A stretch of 62,037 nt of DNA, filler included, from Choristocarpus tenellus KU-1152 (lineage: Eukaryota; Protista; Phaeophyceae), in NCBI GenBank assembly GCA_964200185.2. It is 8 parts of 8 records of this genome, joined end to end, with 100 filler letters (N's around TTAATTAATTAA, not from the genome) between each part and the next. Parts side by side here need not be neighbours in the genome. Positions count along the whole stretch, not along the records: positions 1 to 16,042 come from CAXNAD020000884.1; 7 more parts are not named here. One strand, written 5' to 3'. The notes under the pieces are model-generated. The model ran no database searches. It was not told the DNA's origin and saw only the letters and a program-made list of their open reading frames with translations. Below are positions 1-12,727 of the stretch, in pieces; the stretch's first letter is position 1, and every line of letters starts with the position of its first letter. Position numbers and translations under genes: made by a program.

Positions 1-9
1 CTGCAGTGT

Positions 10-194
10 GGCCCAGAGTATCTGGAGGGGGGTGGCGGCTGTTCATTTGGGGTCATTTTTTTCATGTCGTGATTTTTGGGTGATTTGGTTGCACACGTCG
101 TATGGATATAACATAAATGTACTTTTCCAGATTTTTGGCCCAAATGGACACCCTGGTGTAGACCCCTCTCCTCCCCCCCCAGATACTTTGGGTC
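10..194. mobile_element. MITE family A, full copy
   Basis: TIRs GGCCCAGAGTATCTGG / CCAGATACTTTGGGTC, flanked by TGT on both sides. Confidence 0.85.
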
Positions 195-540
195 TGTTTC
201 TGCAAGTCCTTAAAATTAAATACAGACCGAGCATTGCAGAAAGGATATGATCGACCAATGCAAATAGATATTTTGCATATGTAATCGGTGAGAAACCTCC
301 AACATAATGGACTTGCTCTGTTTTGCACCTGATCTATATGTATGGTATGTAGAGGTGACTATCAGACGTTCAGTTCCTAATTATTGCTGTTTCCTCTCTG
401 TAGTTCCCCATGGAAGGCAGAAGTGAGTCAAAGTCTAGGAGAGGTACTCAGAGTGGCACTTGAAGGGTGCTGAACGAATATTTGCAAAATTCGTTTTTCG
501 TACAAATGCGTACACAGGGTATTTTCAGAATTTCGTTGGA

Positions 541-690
541 AAAGTTTCGAGCAACAGAGAAATAAACGCTCTCAAGTCAAACTTAGAGAACTTCTATCGT
601 AGAAAGGTGAACTGCAATAGATTGAGGGACTATCTTAAAATGAAAAATGGCCAAAGCTTGGGTGCCTCTCATTCAATTTGGCTCGATGGC
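541..690. repeat. Family E dispersed repeat (other copies ~12278-12425 and ~57215-57300)
   Basis: Shared core GCAAYAGAGAAATMAACSCTCTCAAGTCAAACTTAG in all three. Confidence 0.75.
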
Positions 691-738
691 ATATTATTTG
701 TACACCTCAAACAATACCGTGAGGATAATTTCACGATA

Positions 739-923
739 GATCTCGAAGTACCTAGGGGGGAGGAGGGGTCTACACCAGAGTGTCCACATTCGGGCCCTGA
801 CTAGGAGAGAAGTGCACTTACATTATCCATCCGATGCATGCAAACCAAATCACCAAAAATCGCTACATGGAAAAATGGGCCCCCGAATGGACAGCCGCCA
901 CCCCTCCCCAGATACTTTGAGCC
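739..923. mobile_element. MITE family A, full copy (opposite orientation)
   Basis: Reverse complement of 10-194; ends CCCCAGATACTTTGAGCC. Confidence 0.8.
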
Positions 924-1589
924 TCACAAAGCGAAAACTTTCAAGAAGTCAATATTTACCCTGTACAATAATATGTAGGCCCGATCTAATCTACTCCATT
1001 TACCCTTCTCCTCCAATTCAAGAATATATGGTGGTGCTACTTCAACACAATGGGAGTTGGAGGAAGAATCGCCCCTCCAACCCCATCACCATCATTACTG
1101 CCACCATCCTGAGCCTTTCTCACTCTCGCCTCCTGATAATCACTAGTTCCACCCTGTGTATGTCTCACTCTGGTCTCCTCACAATTCACACCCTTCCTCA
1201 CAAGCTGCACTTGCTGTGCTTGTAATACAAACTACCACCACTAGCTCTGTCCCTGACGTCAGGCGTCAAGACCTAAGCTACACCCTTCTCCTGCTCTTCT
1301 AGATGCAGACAATCCCGAGTCCTGCGATATTGATGGTGTGGTTGGTTGGGAGACTGCCAGCCTTCTTGTCAGTTAGCTAATCGAGGTCACGGACATTTTG
1401 GTGACGTGCGTCACGATGATGTGCACCACCATGACAAACCCCCACAGGCAAGCTTATCATCACTGTTGCTCTCGTAATGTTTCTCCCAATATGAAATATC
1501 CTCATTGGGAGTATGAAAATTGAAGCACAATCTCTCCATCTCATGGTCCACATCTAGATCCGTCGTGACACAGATTCTATGGAGGTAGT

Positions 1590-2090
1590 GACCCAAAGTA
1601 TCTGGGGGGGGGGGGGGGGCTAAACCCGAGTCTCCATTGGGAGAAAACAAGGAAAACTGCNNNNNNNNNNCATCCACATCTGTTGCACCCCCTAAACGCG
1701 CAGCGCGACAATGGAGCAGCGAGGGGACCCCCCCCGGGGGGGGGGGGGGGGGGGGGGGGGTCTAAACCAGAGTGTCCATTTGGACCAAACCAGGAAAAGT
1801 GCACTTTCAGACTCAAAGCACCTTGGAGAGGGTGGCGGCTGTCCATTTGGGGACAATTTTTTTATCTTGCGATTTTCTGGTGATTTGGTTGCATACGTCG
1901 GATGGATAATGTAAGTGTACTTTCCTTGCTTATGACCCAAATGGACACCCTGGTGCAGACCCCCTCCCCCCCCCAGATACTTTGGGTCTCATTATCCATC
2001 CAAGGTACGAAACCAAATTACCCCAAAATCGAGACATGATAAAATTGACCCCAAGCGGGCAGCCGCCACCCCCTCCCAGATACTTTGACC
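1590..2090. mobile_element. Cluster of family A MITEs; copy 1810-1988 nested in another copy (~1730-2090)
   Basis: Inner copy flanked by TCA/TCA. Removing it restores the outer consensus GCACTTWCATTATCCATCC. A further end starts at 1590, before a 10-N gap. Confidence 0.8.
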
Positions 2091-2823
2091 CTAGTGTCAA
2101 CACCAACATTTCATGTCCAATATTTGGTGATCCAGGAGTGATAGTAGGAGACGAGAGAGCAATGTTTAATCTCGCACAGCAAGGCCAAAGTATGAAAGAG
2201 CTGCCTTGTGGTAGGTTCCTATGCAAGCACAAACAGGGTTCCCAATACCGTTGACAGGCCTAATTGTGACCACTGTAAGGCGTACCTGTCTAATAATACC
2301 AAATGATGCCTTAAGGCACCAATTTCAGAACGATATGTTTGATATGTTACTTCCCTGCTCCCCTGCTATGCAGTTTTACAGTACAAAATAATTGTACTCC
2401 ACACACAATAAAGTGAGAGTGTCAGCTAAGTGGGGTACATAGCACCGCGTTTACACAAAATACATCACACATCCCACTAACCCGAGCGTCACATTTTGGA
2501 AATGCACTCTCCAATCGCTCGAGATGATGCGTTACATACTACTTCACGAACTAAATAGATACTTTCTGAAGATTTATGTTTGATTATTTGTGTGATATAT
2601 CATAATTTTTCGATGCAGAAGTATTAGGACTGTAGTACCTTGAGTTGATACACAGTCTCTACGCCTGATTCAATCAAGGGAAGCATATGTCATCCGTTTT
2701 GGCTACGGTTAGCCTAACATCCTTGCGACCACCCCCTGTCCTGCAAAAATCAGGTGGAACAACTCGACCCTCTCTGAAGTCCGACGGTCGAACCGGGAAA
2801 GCAAGCAGCTCTACCAACCATGA

Positions 2824-3088
2824 AAGCCAAAGTATCTTAGAGGGTAGAGCCGAGTCCATTTGGGGGTCAAAATCTAATCTTGCAATTTTGATACAATTTT
2901 GATTGTCATGTTTGTTAGGAGATGTCAATATATCCTTTGTTCCGGACACTCCTTTTCATAATGTATACATTTTACCTACTCCGAAACATTTTGGAGGAGT
3001 AGGTAAAATGTCATCAAAAACCCGTGGGAAGCTAAGCCCCAAATGGACAAACAGGAAAAAACTCGTACCCCCTCAGATACTTGCCGTC
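2824..3088. mobile_element. MITE family B, slightly degenerate copy
   Basis: AAGCCAAAGTATCTTAGAGGGTAGAGCC...CTCGTACCCCCTCAGATACTT, collinear with 57906-58164. Confidence 0.8.
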
Positions 3089-6000
3089 TGATCATCTTCA
3101 GTTTATCTTCGTTATCTTCGACACTGCCAACCACCATCACATCACCACTTTGATCTTTTTTCACGCACATCTCTCTACTGTGTTTGGCTAGTGGTTATTT
3201 GTAGCATATACTCCGGAGGACACGGTTGCGGAATGTTGCCTCCTTGTTTGGAACAGTAGTGATGAAGTGTATTGTTGATGGACCGTGTAGTGCACTTGGA
3301 GAACCACTGAAGAAAATTGTTATTGCTCTTCCAAACACAGATTTTCGAAAACCTAACCCTTAAACCTCAACTCTAACCCCATACCTATCCTGCGTGTGAC
3401 AAATATCCCTACCCAGTCAAGGGTGCTTTTGGGAGAAGTTGAAAATGATAAAAGTGGTTCAGCAGTTGCAGTGCACTGGGGAATCACCACTGCCATCCTT
3501 TACTTTCTTTTCAACACCCATTTTCGAAAACCTAACCCCAACCCTAACCTGTGTGCGAAGAACACGTCTTTCCTCTGACTGAAAAATGCAAAAAATATGA
3601 ATAGGGGAGATTCCTCTTTGACAGTGGTCCATCACTGCACTAAAATGATGCCTTTGAGGAATGGGACCCATTCATTACCCCACCCTGCAATCTGAATTAG
3701 TCTCCGTGAGGAGGATTTCCCTCACAATAACGAGTCTAAATACACCCAACAAAATGTTGAAGTAATCCACACTAGACCTATGGATAAATTGATCTGCGAT
3801 GTTCCTTGAGAGAGGACAAAATAGCTGATTTGGTGTGAGTGTATAGTATTAGTGTTACAGACCGGTTATGGTCTCAGATCTGATGACTAAACCTATGGGG
3901 GTTGAGGGGGCACCCATTGCTATTCAACAGTGGAGGGTTTGCAGTCGTCCACACCAACTATAAAACACGTGCTGTCTTGTCTTAAGTATGGGCATATCTA
4001 GAAAAGAATACTAATCACTGGACACCAATCAGTCAATATATCTGGTATATCGTGTCATACCCCAAGTACACTAACAGAATCTTCCAACCACATAGCAACA
4101 CACTGGTACGTCCTTCACACTGGCTCTCTGTCCGACTATCTACTCCACCACCAGTAGTAGTGTCTAGAGGTATATCGGTACCACCATCCACGAACACAAA
4201 ACACTCCATACTACGCAGTATATGGTTAAGGATTATAATAGTGCCACAGCAGTCCACACACACAAACATATTCGTCCCTAATGTGTGCATAGAGATATAT
4301 TTCAAAAGTCTAATTCATCATTCTTAGCTACAAATCTCTCTTTCGAATCTCCAACCTCCAGACAACAATGTGAGTCAGACACAGTTTGAGTCAAACCGAC
4401 TAAAAGCTGTTGGCGAGCAACATGTGTCTAGCAGATGGTTCTGCCTTCGACTGTGGATATACTCCAGAGCAGTCAGATGTACCTATTATATATACTCTGA
4501 GTATACATTTCACTCGAGAGTACAAGTGTAACCTCTAGCCCACACAAAACAAGTGAAAAGATGTAGATGTGATTTGAGTCTGCGGTGAACCCTGAGCTGG
4601 AATCTCTACAAAGGTACGAAAACTGAACGTCGTGTTGCGTGTTGTGGGCTGTTGTTCTGCTGTGGACACGTGGTTTTGTCGTTGAAATGATGTCCATATA
4701 TATCTATGTCGCTCATTTAGGACACATTGAGAATATGGAGGGAGTATGATATCAAAGCCACATCATTGCAGTCGACTCGGGGAGAGTACTGAAATGACAC
4801 ATATTCAAAGCCTCTGCTGCCTACTTGGTGGAGGACCAGACAAAAAACCATGTGGTCTGCAGGGTGAGAGAGCTCTAAGAACAGTAGCCTCTCTCACCCT
4901 AGAGTGTGATTTGAGGTTGTGAGCTGAATTAGCAAAACCTCAAGCCCTCAACATACGCTCTCTCTCTCTTCTACGAACAGGAAACTCCCTGACCTCAAGA
5001 GACCGATGCAGGCGGGTTTTCCTACCCTCAGCCAATATTCCCACTCCTCTAGAACTATTGGTTTAAACATGATACGACTAGTAAAATAGGGAGAACGAAA
5101 CGTAATAGTACAATACTCGTTCATTTGTCAACATGATCAAATACGCTTTGCTCGGACTACCTAAATCGAGAAGGCTGCGAAAAAAGACTCATTCTGAGAA
5201 TACGTAAATGAGGGGGCGATAGCCCTTGTCCTCTTTACAAGACGGGGTGAGCACTTGTCATGATCTGAAGTGTTGCTGTTCACATGTCGACCGAGGACCA
5301 AGGGCAGAGTGGTGTCCAGCCATGAAACATAATCTTCGGCACACGCGCTTAACGGGTCACTGATGTCAGTTCTTGGTGGTGGTAGCCGGTTGCTTCTTCG
5401 GGGGAGAGGATGATGATCCCATTAGCCTGTGTGATGAGGGTGCCGGCCTTGAGGTGGTCTTGTAGAAGAAGTCCTAGGGAAAGTAAGAAAATGGAAGATG
5501 GGAGTAGGTTGGGTATATACAGTTTGTTAAGTGGAAAAGAATGTGTCAATTGTCGATGCACCCACATTGGGACAATTGTTGGCGACATTGGTCGTTGAGC
5601 TCTGGCTTAAGGTTCGAAATCTTGCCGCTACCCAGCCCCGAAGCCATACCCAAGAACAAAGACACTACAACGGCAAACTCGAACAAAAACAAGTGAGTGC
5701 CGTCGTGCGTAAAAGCAAACCAACACACACATCTTGCTCTTTCCATCCTCTGGGCCAAGAGTTCAGCAGTCAGCACGATCTCGGGTGAGATTGTAGTAAG
5801 TGAGTCAATATGGACGTGGAGTGGTATATGATTGAGCACTCACAAAGGGCGTGGCGGTGTCGACCTTGAAGTGACGCGAGGGTGTAGGCTGCTGGTCCAT
5901 CCTTGCTGTAGAAGGTGCAGGAGCAAAGGTAACGATATCCGTGTGGATTGAAGGTCGAGGTTGATTGCTGACGGTGGATCTGACTGCTGCCTTGGCGATG

Positions 6001-6382
6001 TATGGGTGAGTGTGTTTTGGCTGAGAAGACCTGTGGCGTGCAATGCGAAGGTGGTGTAGCGAGGAGGGGAATGCAAAATAAACTATCATGAAAGAAATGG
6101 AAGAATACACGAACAGTTCATGTTTGTGTCACATCACACATACTTCCATACTTTTTTAAAAGTAAGAGATGTGGATCTGTAAATACCAAAAGTTGGTTAT
6201 TTTTTACATGATGATGTGCATTCTGTATCAAATTTTGCGGATGAAAGACGGGGGCATTACCCCATAATTGCAAGTAGGGGTATGAGTATGTTACTTTTAC
6301 AAGAGGTTATTATGATGATATTTAACTGGCATTTCATTGACTTTTTTTTCCCTGACACATCTACAGAGTCTCCGAAGGGTAT

Positions 6383-6649
6383 GAGTGAAGGTATGTTAGC
6401 GGGTGCACAAGTTTTGCCCTGTTTCTCCGTTTGGGGCTTGGCTTTCAGCCTTTTTTTTTATGACATTTTTCCACTCTGAAAATGTTTCACATTATTAGGT
6501 AAAAAGTGTACGTACGAGAACTTGTGTCCAACACAAGGTTCTTTGACAATCGCTAACAAACACAGTAGCCAGAATTACATCAAAATCACAACATTGGATC
6601 TTGGCCACAAAACGTACTTGGCTCTACCCTCGAAGGTACTTTGTGAATC
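6383..6649. mobile_element. MITE family B, diverged copy
   Basis: Collinear with 60199-60456; flanked by GTAT/GTAT. Confidence 0.7.
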
Positions 6650-6787
6650 GTATAATAACATAAAAAATAAGTATTCTCTTTTCATTTTCCGAAAACAGTA
6701 CAAGTATGCTCTGGAAGGTGGTGTTTTGGAACGACTTCTACCGTTTTCGGAAAATGAATGCTTCCCTAACTCCTCAACCTGGAGTGC

Positions 6788-7300
6788 AGGACCAAGTTAG
6801 GTTGGACGCACAGAAGGGCAGCGGTGTAGCATAACTGGTAGTAAACTAGAAAAAAGATGACCGAAAATTGTCTTTCACATTTGCGACAACTGTTACTTTT
6901 TTGGGGTTGTTCTGACATTTGAATGTTTTTTCATTGGTTTTTCCCCTGACACATCTACAAAATATCTGAGGGTGTATGTAAATATTTATATTGGTTTGAC
7001 TTTCAAACTGATACACATCTATAAAATGTCCGAGATGTATGTGTCAGGGGAAAGCCAATGAAAAGCCAATGAAAAGCCAATGAAAAGCCAATGAAAAGCC
7101 AATGAAAAGCCAATGAAAAGCCAATGAAAAGCCAATGAAAAGCCAATGAAAAGCCAATGGAAAGCCAATGAAAAGCCAATGAAAAGCCAATGAAAAGCCA
7201 ATGAAAAGCCAATGAAAAGCCAATGAAAAGCCAATTCAACATGATAACAAATACAAAAATTATAAAATTCGTAGTATATAATGGTAGTAGTAGCTTCGCT
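6788..7300. repeat. Family D dispersed repeat (two arms in inverted arrangement)
   Basis: Motif TTCATTGGTTTTTCCCCTGACACATCTRCAAAA recurs at ~6330-6375, ~20790-20830, 34024-34060, 36240-36430 and 54478-54840. Confidence 0.65.
7050..7234. repeat. Minisatellite, 11-bp unit GAAAAGCCAAT, about 17 near-perfect copies
   Basis: Directly visible tandem array. Confidence 0.95.
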
Positions 7301-7479
7301 CTCTGGGGTTGTCCCGTCATAACTTTTGATGTCGACATCGGATTAGAAAACGAAAAGCATATTCGTGATGCCCGTCACAAGGGCCTCGAGAGTACGGGCT
7401 TCGTATTTTCTCGACATTTTTTCCTTTTTTTGAAGAAAGAGCGCTCATATTGGGGTTCGAACCATGGATTGGATTGTAC

Positions 7480-7900
7480 GTCACCAAGAGTGGCAATACA
7501 TGCACTATTGCTTGAAGTATATGGCTTAGGCGGGAAAAAAGCCTCCCCAAACTTTCTTCCTGTGTGTTCGCGCACCCAATCTTTGACCTCGGCAAGGTAT
7601 TGTCCTCGTCGAGGCCCAGAATGAAACGCCTTCTCATAGTGCCCTTGCTCCGACACCTTGATGTGCCACGTAGTTAGGAAGTCTCTCTCCCATTTACTCA
7701 CAGTTGCCGACGTCTGACCATCACATATCCTGCTGCCATCTCGAGCACCATTTGACGGTCTTTCCCACCGTTCATACACAGGTACAGAATTCGCAGTGTT
7801 AGAGCCTTTACTATCACATTTCCTCGTTGAATGCCGGAAATGGGCGTCGTCCGTGCTTCCTGGGTGGGTGATATTTTATCATCAAGGCGCAAGGGTGAGG
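7480..7900 (-). pseudogene. Frameshifted N-terminal fragment of a Tc1/IS630-like DDE transposase
   Basis: Stitching frames gives ..EMAAGYV..ATVSKWERDFLTTWHIKVSEQGHYEK.FILGLDED..EVKDWVREHTG, resembling (by recall) the S.QG.(H/Y)..F.L.DED...WVR.H motif of these transposases. Confidence 0.45.
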
Positions 7901-8227
7901 GAGGACAGGCTTGAGTTGATCGAAAATTGTGTTGACTTCTCGAATGAATGCAGGCGGGGAGAAAGTCTTAATCAACTTAATACATCCAAACCTAAGTCTA
8001 GGAAGAAAAGGTGAATGCACGGCATCTTGCAACAAGTGAGAGACACCAAACCATTGGGGTGGAAATAATCTCACTCTCACCTCCTCTTCTTCCATGGCGT
8101 CCTTGTCGATGCCTATCTCCACCTGCTTCGCGACCTCTTCTAAGTAAAGGATTTGGTGGTATCAAAACGTTTCCACAGCTGCCTTTCTTACGTATACAAT
8201 CACTTTCTCCTCCACCTTGCGAGCGCT

Positions 8228-8339
8228 ACTCTTACATTAATTATCCATCCAACACATGCAACCAAATACACAAAAATTGCGACATGGAAAAATAGGTCCC
8301 AAATGGACAGCCACCACCCCCCCGAAGATACTCTGAGTC
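8228..8339. mobile_element. MITE family A, truncated half copy
   Basis: TTATCCATCC...CCCAAATGGACAGCC...AGATACTCTGAGTC. Confidence 0.75.
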
Positions 8340-8470
8340 TTTCGACCTTCTTTCGGGCTTCAGAGCCCTTGTACCCCAACCCTAACACCTTCTTTCTCGT
8401 CTCCTTAAGTCGCTCTGGGTCGCATAGCTTCTGGACCGTCAGGGGCCTGCTGCAACTGTCGACTGCTAAG

Positions 8471-8835
8471 ATATTCTACACCCAGGTTTTCGCTTAGCCG
8501 TTTCCTGAGCGCGCAATGGCATGCAGTCGCACTGCTCTCCTCCCCAACCTTCCCTTCAGTCGGCCACTCTCTGGTTCTCCCTTCGCCCACCACCGTGACC
8601 AGGCTCTCCTACAGACTTCATCACTGTACCACACCTGGTAATAGATGCCAAAGTATCTAAAGATAAAGATAAAGGTATTCTACACCCAGATTTTCGCTTA
8701 GCCATTTCCTGAGTGCAAATACACGCAGTCGCACTGTTCTCCTCCCCAACCTTCCCTTCGGTCGGCCACTCTGTTTCTCCCTTCGCCCACCACCGTGACC
8801 AGGCTTCCCCACAGAGTTCGTCACTGTACCACACA
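8471..8835. repeat. Tandem duplication of a ~165-bp unit (8471-8635 and 8676-8835)
   Basis: Both units start TATTCTACACCCAG.TTTTCGCTTAGCC and end TCACTGTACCACAC. Confidence 0.85.
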
Positions 8836-8839
8836 CGAT

Positions 8840-8932
8840 AGATCTCAAAGTATCTGGGGGGGAGGAGGGGTCTACACCAGGGTGTCCACATTCGTGCCCT
8901 GACTAGGAGAGAAGTGCACTTACATTATCCAT
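8840..8932. mobile_element. MITE family A, truncated half copy
   Basis: Nearly identical to 739-830, including the flank CACGATA. Confidence 0.75.
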
Positions 8933-9238
8933 CTTATGCGCCCTGAGCCTGAAGGGTCTTGTGTGACAGGCATCACGAATATGCATTTATTTTGTTAATC
9001 TGCTGTCTACATTTATAGTTACGATGGGCCAATCCCAGTAGCATTCGCTACTGGTACCACTTTTTATACTCTTCACACATTTCGAGGTTTCCTTTATGAA
9101 TAAAGAGATGGAAGGGTTAAGAAATTTGGTAGAAGAAATAATAATAAATGCAAAAAGGGTAACTCTGTTTGGGAAAACCCTTGAGCTACTTCGGTCCCTA
9201 AGGTCCATCATCCAGCACAAATCTTGTGGCCATTTGCT

Positions 9239-9418
9239 GGCTCAATGTGTCTGGCGGGGGGGGGGTGTCTACATCAGGGCGTCTATTCGGGCCCTTACCA
9301 GGAGAAGTGAACTTACATTATCCATCCTGCACACGCAACTAAATCACCAAAAAATCATGACATGGAAAAATGGGCCCTGAATGGACATTCGCCACCCCCC
9401 CCCCAGATACTTTGAGCC
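9239..9418. mobile_element. MITE family A, full copy
   Basis: GGCTCAATGTGTCTGG...CCAGATACTTTGAGCC; flanks TGCT/TGTT. Confidence 0.85.
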
Positions 9419-12400
9419 TGTTCTAAATCCTCCGTTGTCTGGACAAATCTTTACCTTGTGTATAACCCAAGAAACGTGAAGAAGTTGTGTTGCATGAGTG
9501 ATACGCTTTACAGTGTTTCATCACGTTTCGCATGTCCATTGCACCAGAATAAACACGCCAACTGTTGTAAAGGGGAGCAGAAATAATAAAAAAAAACAAG
9601 CACCCTCCTATTATCCAGAGCATCCCAAGCACTCTGGATTACTCTCGTGCTGTATCAAAAGTGGTAACTAGTGAGAAAACGTGCCCCAATGTCTCACGTT
9701 GTTCCTCCACAAGACAATTGGCAGGAGAAACAAAAGCTGCTCAGCACTTGGTATATTTTACTACTTGAACTCTTCCAATACAACTGCATGTAACAAATGT
9801 GCATAATACGTATCAAGTGCTCGGAAGTATACCCAGGCATAGTATATATAGTAAGGGTCTACGGCCGCGTATTTATTACTACATACTAACAACATAAATA
9901 GTGTCTTCATGAGCAACAAATCTCCCGGAGAGTCCTCACTCTGCACTAAGCTACACCACAGAAACATGACACGAATGAGAACAGAACAGCTTGACTTATC
10001 ACCAAACGGTATTGCTGCCAAATAAATCGCTAAGAAAATGCATCCTAAAAAAAAAGCCTGTATTGACAAGAAAAAAGGATGTCTTAATCAATACCTACAA
10101 TTTCTCCCACCTTCTCCTGCTTATGCAGAGACAAATAAAATGGGGAGTACCTAGCCATTACAACCCCATATCTTGCAGGCTATTGCAAGCAGCCGACTCT
10201 GTACAAAATGAAGGCAAGGCCTGCAGCCCTCCCCCACACAATTTGCTCCCACCAAGATAGAGGGACATGAGCGCACACTTTTGGACCATTCTCTCATAGT
10301 ACGCAATACACCCCCCAAATATACAATCCAACCAAGTACAGGAGGAAAAAAAAAAGGATGACGTGACAGCACATGCTACCCCACTCTTCAAAGGTAGTGA
10401 AGCCGGACCCCACCATTCAACCCCAAAAACTCTCATTTGCGAAAAAGAAACTCCCAAATAAGGACTAACTACCGCGTGTCACTCTATGTACATAAAATAT
10501 AAAAGAACAAGACTCAACAACACAGCCAGCAGTAGCACCGCAATACGTTCGTTGCCTCTTTTAATCTTTGACAAGACTATTGGGCGTCGGTGCATCAGTG
10601 TTGCGAGGAGCCCAAAATCCACGACCATAGGGGTCTTTATCTCTACCACTCACACGACAACCGCTACAGGCTCCGCTCTCGCATGTCACTAACGTCCACA
10701 GAGACTAAACCCTCTGGAAACTACCTGAACCGAGACCACAATGATGATTGCTATTCCTAAGGAAAACGGATAGACATGTTAGTACAGAACCATGTACCTC
10801 ACAGCTTTCTCTTTACCAATTGCACAAAGAAGGATTCCTTTCGGTATACAACATACGCCCCCATGGCCTGGTAAAATATCGCACAACCTGGAGGCATGCT
10901 GCCCGGCAGACGAAAGGGAGAACCTCCTGACCGTTGCACAATCCGAAGATACGCCCCTCTGTGGGTTCCCGCTTAGGTATTCCCAATATTTACCACTTCC
11001 GTGAAACTGTCCCGGTGTGAATATTTACCCATTTTCCCTCTCAAGCAGACACAAGGTTAGGTTGGCTCATCGCTATTGCCTTACCCATCCCGACCCTCTT
11101 GCCACCTGCCCTTGGTTTCTGCACCTAACTCCCCAGGTACTGCTCACTCCACTTCCCCTCAAGAGACCCACCCACCGCCATCATTGCCGACGTCAAGCCA
11201 ACATTTAATCTACAATCAATTCATGGCATTCTGGGTGCATCTCCCTCGTACCTCCACAGAAACCCCCCCCAAGTCCTTCGCCTCACGCGTTGCCCTCCCA
11301 CCTTTTTCTTTCTCACCTCCCCCTGCCTAGCCTTTCACCGTCAGGGTGTGTGGGAGGGTATCACTGAAGGACTATTCCCAGCAATCCCAGGATGAGGGCG
11401 AGGGGAAGCAGTGTCGAATCAACCGCTCCCAGTACCACCTCATTATTAAAGTTTGACTGCCAAATCTTGAAAGCGTTCATGTAGAGAGGAGATGAAAATG
11501 CAGTGGTGAGTGCAGCGACCATCAAAGGCCTCGCAACTGTTGCTCCAGCTGCCGACCCTGCCTCCATCACTGTGCCACCTCCCCCCATTCCCCCTGTGCC
11601 AGCATCCAGGGAAGCTTGTAATGAACCCGTGACCACTGCAACTGGCTCAGCCAGCCCTGTAGCGCCTGTCCCCCCCGCCCCAGCACTACCTGCTGCTCCC
11701 ACTCCTGTCGGTAATGATGGTTGACCAGCCAGTGCGTTAAGGGTTCACCAAATGATGTGTGTTGCCATACATGAAGGGGGGGGGGGGGGGGGGGATGAGC
11801 ATGCATGATTCAATAGGTACAGGGGTACACTTCTGAGAGTGGGGGGTGGGCAGAGCAGGTACCTTGTAGCTCATTTGCACATTTTTTTCCAGTCCAGGAG
11901 AGTACACGAAACGTGCATCTGAAGTGAGTGCAGTGGGATGAACTAGGCCCAAGGGGTGCACAGTGCAAACAAAACATCAAATATTTTCCTGCATCGAAGG
12001 CAAATATTCAACCATTCCTAGTACACGCTGTCCTTAAAAACAATTGTGACAAGTCTACGTGCCTTTTCTTGGTCAATATGATTTCAGAAGCACCACCACT
12101 GTGTAGCACAATAAGGGCCCAGGCAGGAGTAAAAAAACAAAGAGCCAAAGTAAACAAGGGGTACACAGAGTCGCATTATTTTTAGGGGTGCTGACAAATG
12201 TATGCAACAAATTCGACTTTTTTTCTTTTTTTTTACAAACAAAAATATAATGACATCTTCTGACATCTGTCAACAAAATCTTTCAAGCAATAGAGAAATC
12301 AACGCTCTCAAGTCAAACTTAGCACTTCATCCACAGAAGACACAGGTGATTCATTGTAAGAGACTGAAAACTGACCTTGTGATGCAAACTGACCAAATCT

Positions 12401-12727
12401 TAGGCACCTCTCATTTACTTCAAACTTGAAAAAAAAAGAGAAAGAAAAAATAATTTCGCCTTCCACTTCCACTTCCACTTCCACTTCCATTTCCATTAAT
12501 TATACAACTACACCACACACCCATTCCAATCTTCTTCGACAAATCACTATACTCGGGAAGCAGCGACTAAACGCTGGAGTGCTCGACATACACTACACTA
12601 CACCTAGCATACGGGTCAAAGTATCTGGGGGGGGGGGTGTCGGCGTCCGTTTTTCACCCTTTTTTCGATTTTCACTTTTTTCGTGACACACACAAGTAGA
12701 TCGTCTCAAAGGGCGTGCATGAAATAC

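Noticed and set aside
8-258. Family of small ORFs sharing PPPPDTL / QSIWGG / KYLGG peptides
   Set aside because: These are translations of MITE TIRs in varying frames, with no consistent start or length.
5340-6060. Gag/zinc-knuckle remnant on the minus strand
   Set aside because: Only vague Cys/His spacing; too degraded to call.
7003-7338. Repeat protein (FHWLFIGFSLA)n or a CRISPR-like array
   Set aside because: Pure 11-bp tandem with no spacers; the ORF is a by-product of a stop-free unit.
8471-8640. Hammerhead or HDV-like ribozyme, or C/D snoRNA, on the minus strand (GTGATGA, GGCTAA, CGAAA)
   Set aside because: Core is GUGAUGA rather than CUGANGA, no valid stem I or NUH site, no P2 partner strand for an HDV fold, and no terminal D box.
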